Shown here piece after piece: positions 35,740-46,500 of a DNA stretch of 64,000 bases. Origin of the DNA: an uncultured Candidatus Saccharibacteria bacterium. GTDB lineage: Bacteria; Patescibacteriota; Doudnabacteria; UBA920. The notes beneath the pieces were generated by a model, which saw nothing but the letters and a program-made list of their open reading frames with translations, searched no databases and was not told the origin of the DNA. Within the stretch, counting starts at the first letter, position 1. Each line of letters starts with the position of its first letter. Made by a program: the position numbers and the translations under genes. The stretch lies in NCBI GenBank assembly GCA_964474825.1, contig CAYYWQ010000001.1, forward strand, positions 65,420 through 129,419. Reading direction: 5' to 3'.

Positions 35740-36216
35740 ATGAAAATTTCTTGGGGTAAACTTTTAGGGTTTATTGTTCTCTGCGAAGCAGTGGGAATTT
35801 TAGGGTCATTGTTTACAGTAGCGGCCATACCCAGTTGGTATGCTGCTTTAAATAAACCCTGGTTTAGTCCGCCCAATTGGCTGTTTGGCCCGGTGTGGAC
35901 CCTTCTTTATTTACTTATGGGAATTGCCGGCTACATGCTGTGGCAAAACAAGGGAACAGGTAAGGCCGCCAAGTTAGCATTAGTATTTTTCTTTATTCAA
36001 TTGGTTTTAAACGGAGTGTGGACGCCTCTGTTTTTTGGCGCGCATTTAATTGCTTGGGCTTTTGTGGAAATAGTCTTGATGTTGTTGTTTATTTTATTAA
36101 CCATCATCTTTTCTTTTAAAACCAAGCCCAAAGCCGCGATTTTACTGTTGCCTTATTTGTTTTGGGTCAGCTTTGCCAGTCTATTGAATTTTAGCCTGTG
36201 GCAATTGAATAAATAA
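35740..36216 (+). CDS. tspO: TspO/MBR tryptophan-rich sensory protein
   Basis: WYAALNKP, PPNWLFGPVWT and PYLFWVSFA motifs. Confidence 0.93.
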   Translation: MKISWGKLLGFIVLCEAVGILGSLFTVAAIPSWYAALNKPWFSPPNWLFGPVWTLLYLLMGIAGYMLWQNKGTGKAAKLALVFFFIQLVLNGVWTPLFFGAHLIAWAFVEIVLMLLFILLTIIFSFKTKPKAAILLLPYLFWVSFASLLNFSLWQLNK

Positions 36217-36224
36217 TCGCGATA

Positions 36225-36860
36225 ATGGATTTAACCGGAAATAAAAAGTTAATTTACACAGGAGCAGTTGTTTTAGTTGCTGTAATAATTTTTATTTTTT
36301 TTCGTAGCGGCGGTAGTCCCGTTGTAAAAAATTATCCATCATCGGGAATAGACATTATTGCCTTTGGTGACAGCTTGGTGTTTGGAACAGGGGCAACAAA
36401 GCCAGAAAATAATTTTGTTTCTGTTTTGTCTAAAAAACTTAATTTGCCTATTGTAAACCTTGGGGTGCCGGGCAATACTACGACAGACGGTTTAGCAAGA
36501 ATTAGCGACTTGGACAAGTATAATCCAAAAATAGTGCTGCTTCTTTTAGGCGGCAATGACCGTTTAAGGAGATTTCCGGAAGAGCAGTCAATTGCAAACC
36601 TAACAAGCATAATTGAAAATATTCAAAATAGGGGAGCCATTGTGGTTTTGCTTGGCGTTCGCGGAAACCTTTTGGGGAATAGTTTTGAAAAACAGCTTGA
36701 AAAGTTGGCAGAAAAATACCAAACTGCGTATGTGTCCGATGTTTTAGGCGGATTGTTCGGCAATTCCAAATATATGTTTGACACTATTCACCCAAACGAC
36801 GCGGGTAATGCCGTAATCGCTGACCGTATTTATCCTGTAATTTTGAAATTATTAAATTAA
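36225..36860 (+). CDS. GDSL/SGNH esterase (TesA-like)
   Basis: FGDSL, GGND and DTIHPN motifs. Confidence 0.92.
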   Translation: MDLTGNKKLIYTGAVVLVAVIIFIFFRSGGSPVVKNYPSSGIDIIAFGDSLVFGTGATKPENNFVSVLSKKLNLPIVNLGVPGNTTTDGLARISDLDKYNPKIVLLLLGGNDRLRRFPEEQSIANLTSIIENIQNRGAIVVLLGVRGNLLGNSFEKQLEKLAEKYQTAYVSDVLGGLFGNSKYMFDTIHPNDAGNAVIADRIYPVILKLLN

Positions 36861-36896
36861 CCGTGACGCCCAAGAGCCGCAGAACAGAGGAAAATA

Positions 36897-37268
36897 ATGG
36901 ACAAGCAAATTGTTCGGGACAGTTTGGGTTGGGGTTTTGTGTTGTGGTTAATAGGTTATATTTTGGGAATAGTGTTTTTTAAGGCAGTGCCTCCAAGTTT
37001 GATTGGCTGGGTAATTACGCCAATAGGCATAATTTTTACTTTGCTCGTATTGTTTAAAAAGGTTAAAGGGATGGTGTTTAGTTATTACTTTTGTGTGGCA
37101 ATTGTTTGGACTTTAATTGCCGTAGTTTTGGATTATGTGTTTATTGTAAAAGCTTTTAAGCCGGCAGACGGTTATTATAAGCCGGATGTTTATTTGTATT
37201 ATGTTTTAACTTTTATTTTGCCATTACTTGTCGGTTGGCGTAAAAGTAAAACGTGCCGGTTAATTTAG
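36897..37268 (+). CDS. Four-TM hypothetical membrane protein
   Basis: Four hydrophobic segments. Confidence 0.75.
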   Translation: MDKQIVRDSLGWGFVLWLIGYILGIVFFKAVPPSLIGWVITPIGIIFTLLVLFKKVKGMVFSYYFCVAIVWTLIAVVLDYVFIVKAFKPADGYYKPDVYLYYVLTFILPLLVGWRKSKTCRLI

Positions 37269-37326
37269 ATCAGGTAAAATAAAAAATCAGGAAGGGGAAG
37301 CAGAGGTCTGCGTCCCCTTCCCGTGA

Positions 37327-37665
37327 CTACGTCCGTTCTAGGAGTTTGTCCACCTCCATTTCGAGAATGAGGAAGTCACCCTCAACCTCGCCGCTTGAGC
37401 CGACCCAGCTGTCGTCGTAGAAAACTACGTGGGTTCCGCGGCAGTGGGCTACGAGCGTATCCCACTCAAGGCCGAGCTTAGCCCCGAGGTGGATGGAGGC
37501 TCGAATCATTGAAGGTTCGTTAGGCAGGGTTTCTAGGCGCCCGTCCCATCGCACCTCCTCATGCTCGACCCCTCTGGCAGCCAGATACGCGACCAACTGC
37601 GGCGAGTGGTCAAGAGGTGAAATACAACTGTGCCGCTCCGGCGGTTCGTAAACAAATATCTTCAT
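37327..37665 (-). CDS. Orphan GC-rich protein (112 aa), antisense to its neighbours
   Basis: GGGAGG SD before MKIFVYE; TTGATT..TATACT promoter-like sequence; GGAAGGGGA..TCCCCTTCC terminator. Confidence 0.6.
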   Translation of the reverse strand: MKIFVYEPPERHSCISPLDHSPQLVAYLAARGVEHEEVRWDGRLETLPNEPSMIRASIHLGAKLGLEWDTLVAHCRGTHVVFYDDSWVGSSGEVEGDFLILEMEVDKLLERT

Positions 37666-37802
37666 ATCGTTTTTTCCTCCCTTTGAAAAACATTTTAGTA
37701 TACAAGAAATAGTAAAAAAAATCAAGAGCGCAATTAAAAATTGCTTAATAAGTGTAAAAAAATTAACATGATGGCCCAGAGCCGCAAAAAGGAGACAAAA
37801 CT

Positions 37803-38207
37803 ATGAACAAAGCCCTGGCCAATGTATTTTATATTTTTTCGGCCTTAGGTTTGGTGGACACCATTTATTTGTCTTACCACGCCATAAAAAAGACCGACGT
37901 TTCCTGTTGGTGGTTCCCAAAAGAGTGGTGCCAAAAAGTCCAATACAGCAAATTCAGCAAAACCTTGGGCATTCCTAATCCTTTTTTAGGGCTTTTGATT
38001 TACATAGTAATCATTGCCTTAACTTATTTAACTCTTGCCGGTTCAGCCTCGCCTTGGCTGGTTAAAGCCGTAATAGTTTTTGGTTTTGTTTTTTCAATGT
38101 ATTTTACCGCTATTCAGGCTTTTGTCTTGCGCGCCTTTTGCACGTGGTGCGTAATTTCCGCTGTAAATTTTACGGTTATGTTCCTGGCTTTGTTTCTGGT
38201 AAGGTAG
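37803..38207 (+). CDS. Vitamin K epoxide reductase (VKOR) family protein
   Basis: C..C..V..S loop, CTWC active site, four TM segments. Confidence 0.9.
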   Translation: MNKALANVFYIFSALGLVDTIYLSYHAIKKTDVSCWWFPKEWCQKVQYSKFSKTLGIPNPFLGLLIYIVIIALTYLTLAGSASPWLVKAVIVFGFVFSMYFTAIQAFVLRAFCTWCVISAVNFTVMFLALFLVR

Positions 38208-38246
38208 CTTGAAAGTTGCTAAAATGACATAAAGCAACAACAAGCA

Positions 38247-39545
38247 ATGGAAATAAAAATAAATCACATAATCAAAAATTTCGATCACTTGGCCACTAAC
38301 CCTTTAAGGCGGCAGGCTTTGCTTATTGCCGAGGCAGGGCTTAAAGCCATAGACACTAAGGCGGCGGTGAGGAGGCTGGTTAAATATAATAACCAAAAAG
38401 AAATTTTAGAAGTTGCCGGAAAAAAATACGCGTTAATGGATTACGAGAGGGTAATGTGCGTAGGCTTTGGCAAAGCTGCGTTTGATGCTGTTTCGGAAAT
38501 TCAAGTTTCACTGGCAGACAAAATTAAATGCGGGTTTGTTATAGATTTAAAAGAGGGAAGTTTGGGAAATATTGTCTGCAAAGTAGGGACGCATCCGTAT
38601 CCTACCAAGGTAAATATAGAAGCCACAAAAGAATTAATGGCCATGCTTTCGAATTGCAGCGAAAAAGATTTAGTGCTTTGCGTGGTTTCAGGCGGCGGTA
38701 GCGCTCTACTTTGCAGTCCGCACGACATGAGCTGCGAGCAGGAAGTGGCAATAATTGCGGCCCTCACTGTTAAGGGCGCGACCATTCAGGAAATAAACAC
38801 CGTGCGCAAACACATTAGCACAATTAAAGGGGGGCAGTTAGCCAAGTTAATGTATCCGGCAACTGTCATTAGCCTTATTTTTTCAGATGTTCCGGGGGAT
38901 GACTTAAGTTTAATTGCCAGCGGCCCCACAGTTTTAGACAAAAGTAAAGTTCAGGACGCCGGAGATATTTTAAAAAAGTACGATGCCTTGGAAGCAGTAG
39001 GTATGCATTCGTGCAGGTTAATAGAAACACCAAAAGAACAAAAGTATTTTGAAAAAGTGCACAACATTTTGGCAGTTTCACCCAGGCAGGCACTGAGCGC
39101 TATGAAGGACGAGGCCGAGCAGATTGGTTTTGATGTGGAAATTTTTTCCCAAAATTTCCAAGGTCTTGCAAAAGAACTGGGGCCGCAAATTGTTTCCGCA
39201 AGCAAGTCGCGTATGGCACTCATTGGCGCGGGGGAAAGTACTGTCCAAATTACTGGTCACGGCGTTGGCGGCAGGAACCAGGAAATGGCTTTGGCCGCAA
39301 TACCTAATCTTTCCGAAAATCAAGTTCTGGTTTGTGTGGCAAGCGACGGCCACGACAACACCGACGCGGCCGGGGCTATTGCGGACAGCTCGTCATCTCT
39401 CAGGGCAAAGGCTTTGGGGTTGGATGTTAGTCACTATTTGGAGAATAACGACAGTTTCCATTTTTTTGAGCAACTGGGGGACCAATTAATAACCGGACAG
39501 ACCGGCGCCAATGTTTCGGATTTTTTTATTTGTTTAAAACAATAA
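38247..39545 (+). CDS. Glycerate kinase type 2 (DUF4147/MOFRL)
   Basis: GFGKAA, SGGGSAL, SDVPGD, GGRNQE and TGANVSD motifs. Confidence 0.92.
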   Translation: MEIKINHIIKNFDHLATNPLRRQALLIAEAGLKAIDTKAAVRRLVKYNNQKEILEVAGKKYALMDYERVMCVGFGKAAFDAVSEIQVSLADKIKCGFVIDLKEGSLGNIVCKVGTHPYPTKVNIEATKELMAMLSNCSEKDLVLCVVSGGGSALLCSPHDMSCEQEVAIIAALTVKGATIQEINTVRKHISTIKGGQLAKLMYPATVISLIFSDVPGDDLSLIASGPTVLDKSKVQDAGDILKKYDALEAVGMHSCRLIETPKEQKYFEKVHNILAVSPRQALSAMKDEAEQIGFDVEIFSQNFQGLAKELGPQIVSASKSRMALIGAGESTVQITGHGVGGRNQEMALAAIPNLSENQVLVCVASDGHDNTDAAGAIADSSSSLRAKALGLDVSHYLENNDSFHFFEQLGDQLITGQTGANVSDFFICLKQ

Positions 39546-39602
39546 ATTGTGCTATACCTAAGAGAGAAATAGCAAAAGTAGAGAAACAAAAGTTTACTTT
39601 TT

Positions 39603-42470
39603 ATGAAAAAGGTTTCAATAAAAAGGGTAAAGAAAAATAAAAAAGTCATAGGCCCAAAGGAAAAACTGCTTACGGGTTTAGGTGTAGGCGCAAGTTTAAT
39701 GGGAGGAATGGGCGCGGGTGTATCTAAGTCTCCCGCCCAAAAGCCTATTGTGGCAACAAATAAACAAGCCAAAGATTCGGTGGGCGGAAAAATTAAATCC
39801 GCTCTTACCAGTATTTTTGGCGTGCAGGAAGCCAAGGCTAATTTAGCGCAAACTATTTTTGGTAGCGGTGGAAGCTGGGACGGTGGTGGATTTATTGGGG
39901 GTTCAGATGGAGGTGGCGGAGGAGGTGGCGGAGGCTGGGGAGGAAATGATATACCCGGTTTTATGGGAGCAGACCAAAGCGGCTCTTCTATGGGAGGAAG
40001 GTTTTCCTCGATTGAAAATTCTCAGCGGTCACTGGACTATTGGAATAACGTTGCCGACCAAGCTCAAGCCCGTTCTGACGCAACAATACAAGCACAGGAT
40101 GCCGCAAATGCAACCACGCCCCAGCTTGCGGGTGATTCAGAGGAAGATAGAGAAGCTAATAATCAGAACACAACCGAAGTTGCTTCGGATGTTGTAAATA
40201 ATCTTTTGGACACCAGTCCTTACACATCTCCGTCCTTGCCTGAAAATCCGGATCCGGGAGCTGCTTCTGTTAATTCAAATATAGATTTTAATTTTAATAA
40301 TAATCCATATACCCCTTTTACGCCCGCACAAAACGACTACAATTCTAACACTGAGTATTTTAATAACGAAGGTATTGCCCAAAATTTTCCCACTCCTGAT
40401 CCTATTCCAGCTAATTCCAACAGTTACGATGTTTGGGATAATGTAACAGGAGGACAAAATGGCCCGTATGCCTCAACTTTAAATAATAATCCAAGCCCAA
40501 CAAGTAATGTGCCCGAAACAAGTAACTATATTGTCCCCGGTACGGAAGACATGTATGGTCCCGGCACAGGTATTGGACAAAATGGGGATGTGGTTAATCA
40601 AACAAATAATTCATACGATCCTTTTAGTGCAGTGGATGGCAGCGGGCAAATTAATCCAGCTGTCGTATTTACCCCAAGTGATGGTTTTTCCAAAGACGAT
40701 AGTACGGATTCGGACCAAACACGAACTTTTAACCTTGGGGAGCCTGGCAGCAGGTTAGGCTCCGGAGAAGAATTTGTTCCCACAGAGCTTCCCGGCAGAA
40801 CTTCCGGTATGTCCCAAAATACTGACGGCACTTTTAGTCCGGAAGGCAGCACTAACCGCTATTGGGTTAACGAGGAAACCGGTAATTATGAATTACTCGG
40901 GGCCGGTAATAATGTTTCCGCCCAAGTTACTGACCAAGTGGCTTACCATCCTTTTACCGCTAATGAGTTTTACGACGCCAGTCATGGGCAGCAATATGTA
41001 ACAACTCAGCCGGGTTTTACCCCAAATGTAGGGGTTGAAACGGGAACGCCGGAAGAAATTTTAGCACGGTCCGGTCAAAATTTAAATTTTCAAACTTCCG
41101 GAGAGCAGGATTTAATATCCGCAGCCGGAAATAACCAGGAAGGCACAAATGGAGCCCAAAGCCAGCAGTCTTCTGGGGAAGTTACAGGCAACGCTCAAAA
41201 TCCATATGCAAATACTTTTGCCAACCAGCAAGGGAGTTTAGAGTACCAAAACGCCACCCCCAAAAGTTCTGATCTCCAAACCGATACAGGATTAGCCAAT
41301 CAGTCCGTTTCAACGGAAAACAGCTTTAAACCATCTGAAAGAAGCGCGGAACAAATTGGCACCCCATTAATTACCGAAGAATTCCAACAAAAGCCGCTGT
41401 CACCAGAAGAAGTGTTGGCTAATGGCCCAAACTTCCGCGAATCCGATTTAAGCAACCCCATTTTCCTGCCCGTTAGCAGAATAGACGGAACCAGTGTTCC
41501 TAATGTCCTGCTTGGCAGCGACAGCAGTATTTATAGCCAAGACCCCACGACCGGTGAACTAAGCCGGGTCGGAAATATTACCGACTTAGAAAAAGCCGGC
41601 TGGAAACCCGGAGATGCTTTTCCAGACCTCCCAAGCTCCCAAAGTTTGGCTTCTACTGCCAAAGAAACAGGTAAAAAAGTTACCGATGCTGTAAACAAAG
41701 CCAGTGAAAAACTTCAAGCGAAGGAAACAGCGTTAACTAAAAAAGTTATAGGGTTTTTCCATAAGGACGACAGCGGTAATACTTCTACTCAGTCAACAGG
41801 GAAAGCTACCGATGAAATGTCTGCCACCGCGGATGCTAAAACGGCCGATGGTACTCCTTTGTGGAAGCTAGACAACGGCGTCTATACGGATTTTGACGGT
41901 AACCTTTACACCCAAACCCCTAAAGGTAGGTTCGAGGAAGCCGGTATTACCGTTGACCAATTAGATCCGAACACTTTGCCTTCTAACCAAGACCGGACAA
42001 TTACAGGCCCTAAAGGACAAACCCTGCAAAGTTATGGTAATGGTACTTACACTGATGCCAACGGAAATATTTATTCTTTAAATGAAAATGGCAAGCCAGT
42101 TAGCACCGGAATTTCAACAGACGTACAAGGGCAAAATTTTTATTCCGCAGCCGCGGGTTTGACTCTTGACGAAACTACCGTCAAAGGCCGTATTGACAAT
42201 GCCCTGTCAAAACCCGGTAGGCTAGGTATGGCGGCTATTACCATAGCAAACCCCTTGGCGGGAATTGCCCTACAGGGGTATTCCACTTTAAATGCCGGGC
42301 AGCAAAAGAGTTTTAACCAGTGGCTGGCCCGCCCTGAAGACGGCACTTTAAATTATACTTACAGGGATCCGGCTACCGGCCAGGATGTTACGGTCAGGAC
42401 GACAAAATCGGACCTTAGGGCTGCCATTGATTTTGTTAACAGCTTTGGAATGAATGTGGTAAAGCCGTAA
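39603..42470 (+). CDS. Large secreted low-complexity protein with an extended leader peptide
   Basis: ~79-aa leader ending AKA, homologous to that of 43543..49218; N/T/S/G-rich; repeated NGxYTDxxGNxY. Confidence 0.8.
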   Translation: MKKVSIKRVKKNKKVIGPKEKLLTGLGVGASLMGGMGAGVSKSPAQKPIVATNKQAKDSVGGKIKSALTSIFGVQEAKANLAQTIFGSGGSWDGGGFIGGSDGGGGGGGGGWGGNDIPGFMGADQSGSSMGGRFSSIENSQRSLDYWNNVADQAQARSDATIQAQDAANATTPQLAGDSEEDREANNQNTTEVASDVVNNLLDTSPYTSPSLPENPDPGAASVNSNIDFNFNNNPYTPFTPAQNDYNSNTEYFNNEGIAQNFPTPDPIPANSNSYDVWDNVTGGQNGPYASTLNNNPSPTSNVPETSNYIVPGTEDMYGPGTGIGQNGDVVNQTNNSYDPFSAVDGSGQINPAVVFTPSDGFSKDDSTDSDQTRTFNLGEPGSRLGSGEEFVPTELPGRTSGMSQNTDGTFSPEGSTNRYWVNEETGNYELLGAGNNVSAQVTDQVAYHPFTANEFYDASHGQQYVTTQPGFTPNVGVETGTPEEILARSGQNLNFQTSGEQDLISAAGNNQEGTNGAQSQQSSGEVTGNAQNPYANTFANQQGSLEYQNATPKSSDLQTDTGLANQSVSTENSFKPSERSAEQIGTPLITEEFQQKPLSPEEVLANGPNFRESDLSNPIFLPVSRIDGTSVPNVLLGSDSSIYSQDPTTGELSRVGNITDLEKAGWKPGDAFPDLPSSQSLASTAKETGKKVTDAVNKASEKLQAKETALTKKVIGFFHKDDSGNTSTQSTGKATDEMSATADAKTADGTPLWKLDNGVYTDFDGNLYTQTPKGRFEEAGITVDQLDPNTLPSNQDRTITGPKGQTLQSYGNGTYTDANGNIYSLNENGKPVSTGISTDVQGQNFYSAAAGLTLDETTVKGRIDNALSKPGRLGMAAITIANPLAGIALQGYSTLNAGQQKSFNQWLARPEDGTLNYTYRDPATGQDVTVRTTKSDLRAAIDFVNSFGMNVVKP

Positions 42471-42544
42471 ATTAAATTTAGTTTTTTTGTGTTTTTGTGG
42501 TATGATAAATAGACAAAAGTGACTATTAAAATCAAAAATAAAGG

Positions 42545-43537
42545 ATGAATATTGTTTTTTGCGAGACCGAAGACTGGCAGCAGGAATATTTGAAACAAAA
42601 ACTTACTGAACATAAGTTAATTTTTGAAAAAAGCACAAAAATAAGCCCCAATCCGGAAGCGGAAATTATTTCTAATTTTGTCGCGTCTCCAGTTACGGCG
42701 GAAACATTAAATGATTTCCCAAAATTAAAGTATGTTACAACCCGAAGCACGGGTTTTGACCATATAGACCTTAAAGCCTGCCAAGAGCGGGGTATTTTAG
42801 TTAGCAATGTGCCGACTTATGGGGAAAACACTGTAGCGGAATTTGCTTTTGCATTGCTGTTGGCGCTTTCCCGCAAAATTTACCAGGGTGTTAAGCAAGT
42901 TAGGGAAAAGGGCTTGTTCGCAACTGAAAACTTGCGGGGGTTTGATTTGCAGGGTAGGACAATTGGCGTAGTTGGAGCCGGGCATATTGGCATGCATGTT
43001 ATTAACATGGCCAAAGGTTTTGACATGAAAGTGCTGGCTTACGACCCGCACCCAAACGAAGAATTGGCAAAAAAAATTGGCTACGAATATGCCAGCTTGG
43101 AAGATTTGCTAAAAACTTCGGACGTAATAACCCTGCATGTACCGTATTTGCCCGCCACGCATCACTTAATAAATTCGCAAAATATTAATTTGTGTAAACA
43201 GGGCTGCGTAATTATTAATACCGCGCGCGGCGGGTTAATAGAAACCGCGGCATTAATTAGCGGCTTAAAATCAGGGAGAGTGGCGGCCGCGGGCTTAGAC
43301 GTTTTGGAAGAAGAAGGTTTTATAAAAGACGAACTTGATTTACTATACAGCGGACATCCTAACGAAGACCAGTTAAAAACTGCTTTGGCCGACCATGAAT
43401 TAATGCAAATGGAAAATGTGTTAATTACACCGCATAACGCTTTTAACAGCCATGAGGCAATGCTGAGGATTTTAGACACCACAGTGGAAAATATTATTTC
43501 TTTCGCGTCCGGAAAGCCGGTTAATTTAGTAAAGTAA
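42545..43537 (+). CDS. D-isomer-specific 2-hydroxyacid dehydrogenase (D-lactate dehydrogenase-like)
   Basis: STGFDHID, GAGHIG, INTARG, LDV.E.E and TPHNAF motifs. Confidence 0.93.
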   Translation: MNIVFCETEDWQQEYLKQKLTEHKLIFEKSTKISPNPEAEIISNFVASPVTAETLNDFPKLKYVTTRSTGFDHIDLKACQERGILVSNVPTYGENTVAEFAFALLLALSRKIYQGVKQVREKGLFATENLRGFDLQGRTIGVVGAGHIGMHVINMAKGFDMKVLAYDPHPNEELAKKIGYEYASLEDLLKTSDVITLHVPYLPATHHLINSQNINLCKQGCVIINTARGGLIETAALISGLKSGRVAAAGLDVLEEEGFIKDELDLLYSGHPNEDQLKTALADHELMQMENVLITPHNAFNSHEAMLRILDTTVENIISFASGKPVNLVK

Positions 43538-43542
43538 ATTTT

Positions 43543-46500
43543 ATGGATAAAAAATCCCCACCAAACCATACCGGACACCATCCGCCCCACCAAAAAAGCA
43601 GTCATAGCGGACATCACGGGCACCATCATTCACATAATAACAACGAAGCCATGGAACAGGTTAAAATTAGCAGGGTAAAAAGGAATAAAAAGAAAATTAC
43701 TTCCAAAGAAAAGGTTTTGGCCGGTTTGGGCTTGGGCGCGAGTTTAATTGGCGGAGCAGGGGCGGTCGCGCCAAAACCCAGCCAGACCCAAATTGTGCGC
43801 AGCGACGACAGCCAGAAAACCGGAGCAAGCGGAAAAATTAAAGAAACTATTAAAAATATTTTTGGTGTAGGAAAAGCTAAAGCCGCGGAGTTGACCCCGG
43901 AGCAGCAAGCGGCTTTGTCAATATTGTCTTCAGGTTTAAATCCTGACGGAACGCCGGCTAGTCAAGAGGACTTGGCAGCGGCAAATCAAATTTATTACGG
44001 TCAGGTTTACAATAATCAATCCAATGTGGCCGGCGCTAATGCCGGAGTCCAAAACCCCGCAGATCCTGACGCGGGGAATAACGACGAGCCGCCTCCTGCA
44101 AATGTAGGAAACGACACGCAAACCCCTCCCGCAACCGGCGTTGATTTGACCGGCCTTACAACGGTTAAGGACATTAACGAATCCCGTACAGGAACGGTAA
44201 ACGTAAACGGGGTACCAACGCAGCTTTCGGTTATTGGCAGTGACGGGAGAATTTTTGACAATGAAGGACATGAGGTGACCGGTAATTTTTCCGCCACAGA
44301 ATTAGACGCCATACGCGCGGCTTTTAATAATGACAGTAATTTAGCTAACACCGGGGGCGGCGGAACAGACGGTGGCGGCTCAGGAGCCGGCACAGGAAAT
44401 GACGACCAAGGCGCTGCGACAACTCGGATAGACACCACGGGCGGACGCAGCGTACACCAGGTTTATCAAAACAACCAATGGGTAGATGCGCCGGAAGTTG
44501 GCGACACTTTTATAGACAGTGAAGGTAAAACACACAGAAACGTTGGTTCCGCAAATGGTTCCCCATATTGGATAGTGGAAGGCCAGGAAACCGGCGACGG
44601 CACACAAGAAGGCGAAGTTCGTTCCACACAAGAAGGCGGATTTTTGGCCTATCATAATGGAGACTGGACACAACCCCGCCCCGGCGACAAGTTTACGGAC
44701 GGCAGCGGACTTATTTATACATTTAGCCAAACCTTAACAGCACCGGGAAGTTGGGTGCTTGATGACGGTCAGCATACTACTGATGGTCAAGGTATTCCTT
44801 TGGTTTCCGTTGGCGGAGTTTGGCAGCCGGTTGGCCAAGAAAATAATAATCAAACACCGCCTGGCGCGGCTGTAATACCGGCGGGCCTTACCGTGGAAGA
44901 TGACATTAATAATTCTAAAAAGGGCACAGTTAGTATTAATGGCGAGTCAACGGTAATAAATGTTACGTTGGATCCTTATGGTAGCTATCATGTTTATAAT
45001 GACAAAGGAGAAGAAATAACCAGCACCATTGCGAATGTGAATGATTTAGGCCGGGCGTTTTTTGCGACCGACGACAACGGGGGCGACGAAACAGCCCATG
45101 AAGGGGATGTCAAATCCGAGGGAGGACTTGACTATATTTACCATAATAACCAGTGGGTCTTAAAAGACGGGAATGTAAAAATTGAGAACGGCAGGCACTA
45201 CCATACCGAAGGAGGCGTGTGGGTGGAAGACCAGGCAGAAGGCGAACAGCCCCACGAAGGTGAAAGCCGCAGCGCCGATGGCGGCATTGTGGTCTATCAT
45301 ATTGATTCAAACGGTAACGGCCAATGGACAGCTCCCCGCTCCGGCGACAAGTTCACGGACGGCAGTGGTTTTACTTATACCTTTGAAAAAGTTTTAACTG
45401 AGCCGGGCAGTTGGGTAATGGATAATGGCCAGCACACAACCAATGCAGCCGGGGAACAATTGGAATCACAAGGTGGCAAGTGGGTGGTAACTGGAACAGT
45501 TGTTTTGCCCTCAGCGGTTACAATCCCAACGGGCTTAACTTTAAAGGACGACGTTAATAATTCCAAGCAAGGCACAGTCAGTATAAGAGGTGTTAATACA
45601 GTAGTAAATGTTACAAGAGATTCGGACGGGAATTACCATGTTTACAATGAAAAAGGTGAAGAAATTACGTCCACAATTACTAACTTGGAGGAATTGGGGA
45701 ATGCCTTCTTCCGTTCTGGTGACGGCGGCGGAGCGTCTGGGATAAATTTAACCGGCCTTAGGACCACTCCTGACATAAATAGGTCCCGCACCGGCGTAAT
45801 TAAAATAAACGGAGTCAATACCACGCTGTCTATGTTGAGCGATGGCAGGATTTTTGACGACAGGGGTCAGGAAATAACAGACACTTTTTCTGAGAGTGAC
45901 CTCGCGGCAATCCGAGCTGCTTTTGCCGACGACGCTAACTTAGCTTCTGTGGCCAGGGAAGGGGACGTGAGGGACGACGCGGACGGTTTCCATTATACTT
46001 ACCACGGCACGCAATGGGTCTTAAACGACGGCCAGGAGCGGACCCGGAATACTTTTAAAGAAAGAAGTTTAGGCGGCGCTTGGGTGTTAGTAGACGGCCA
46101 GTCCGCAACCCGTGACGGGTTTAGGTATATTTCCCGCGGCGGAAGTTTTGTATTAGTAGACGGCCAGACAAAAACTGAAAACGGGAAGGGTTACCATACC
46201 GCAGGCGGGGTTTGGGTGGAAGACGGAGCGGCCGGTGTTTCCCCTGAACAGGCAAAAATAAATGCCGCTGGCGCGTCACTTTCTCGCGGGTCTTTAACTC
46301 CTGAGGCAATACAGCTTGGAATAAAAGACATGGCCGAGGCAAATAGTATTTATTATACGTTTTACGCGCAGCAGCAAAAAAGTGAAATGGTAACCAGCGG
46401 GGAGTCGCCGGTAGACGCCAATGGCAATGTAAGAACTGCTGCGGGTTGGAAGCAAATGGGTGACGGTATTTATTACAATACCAAAACAGGAATAACATCC

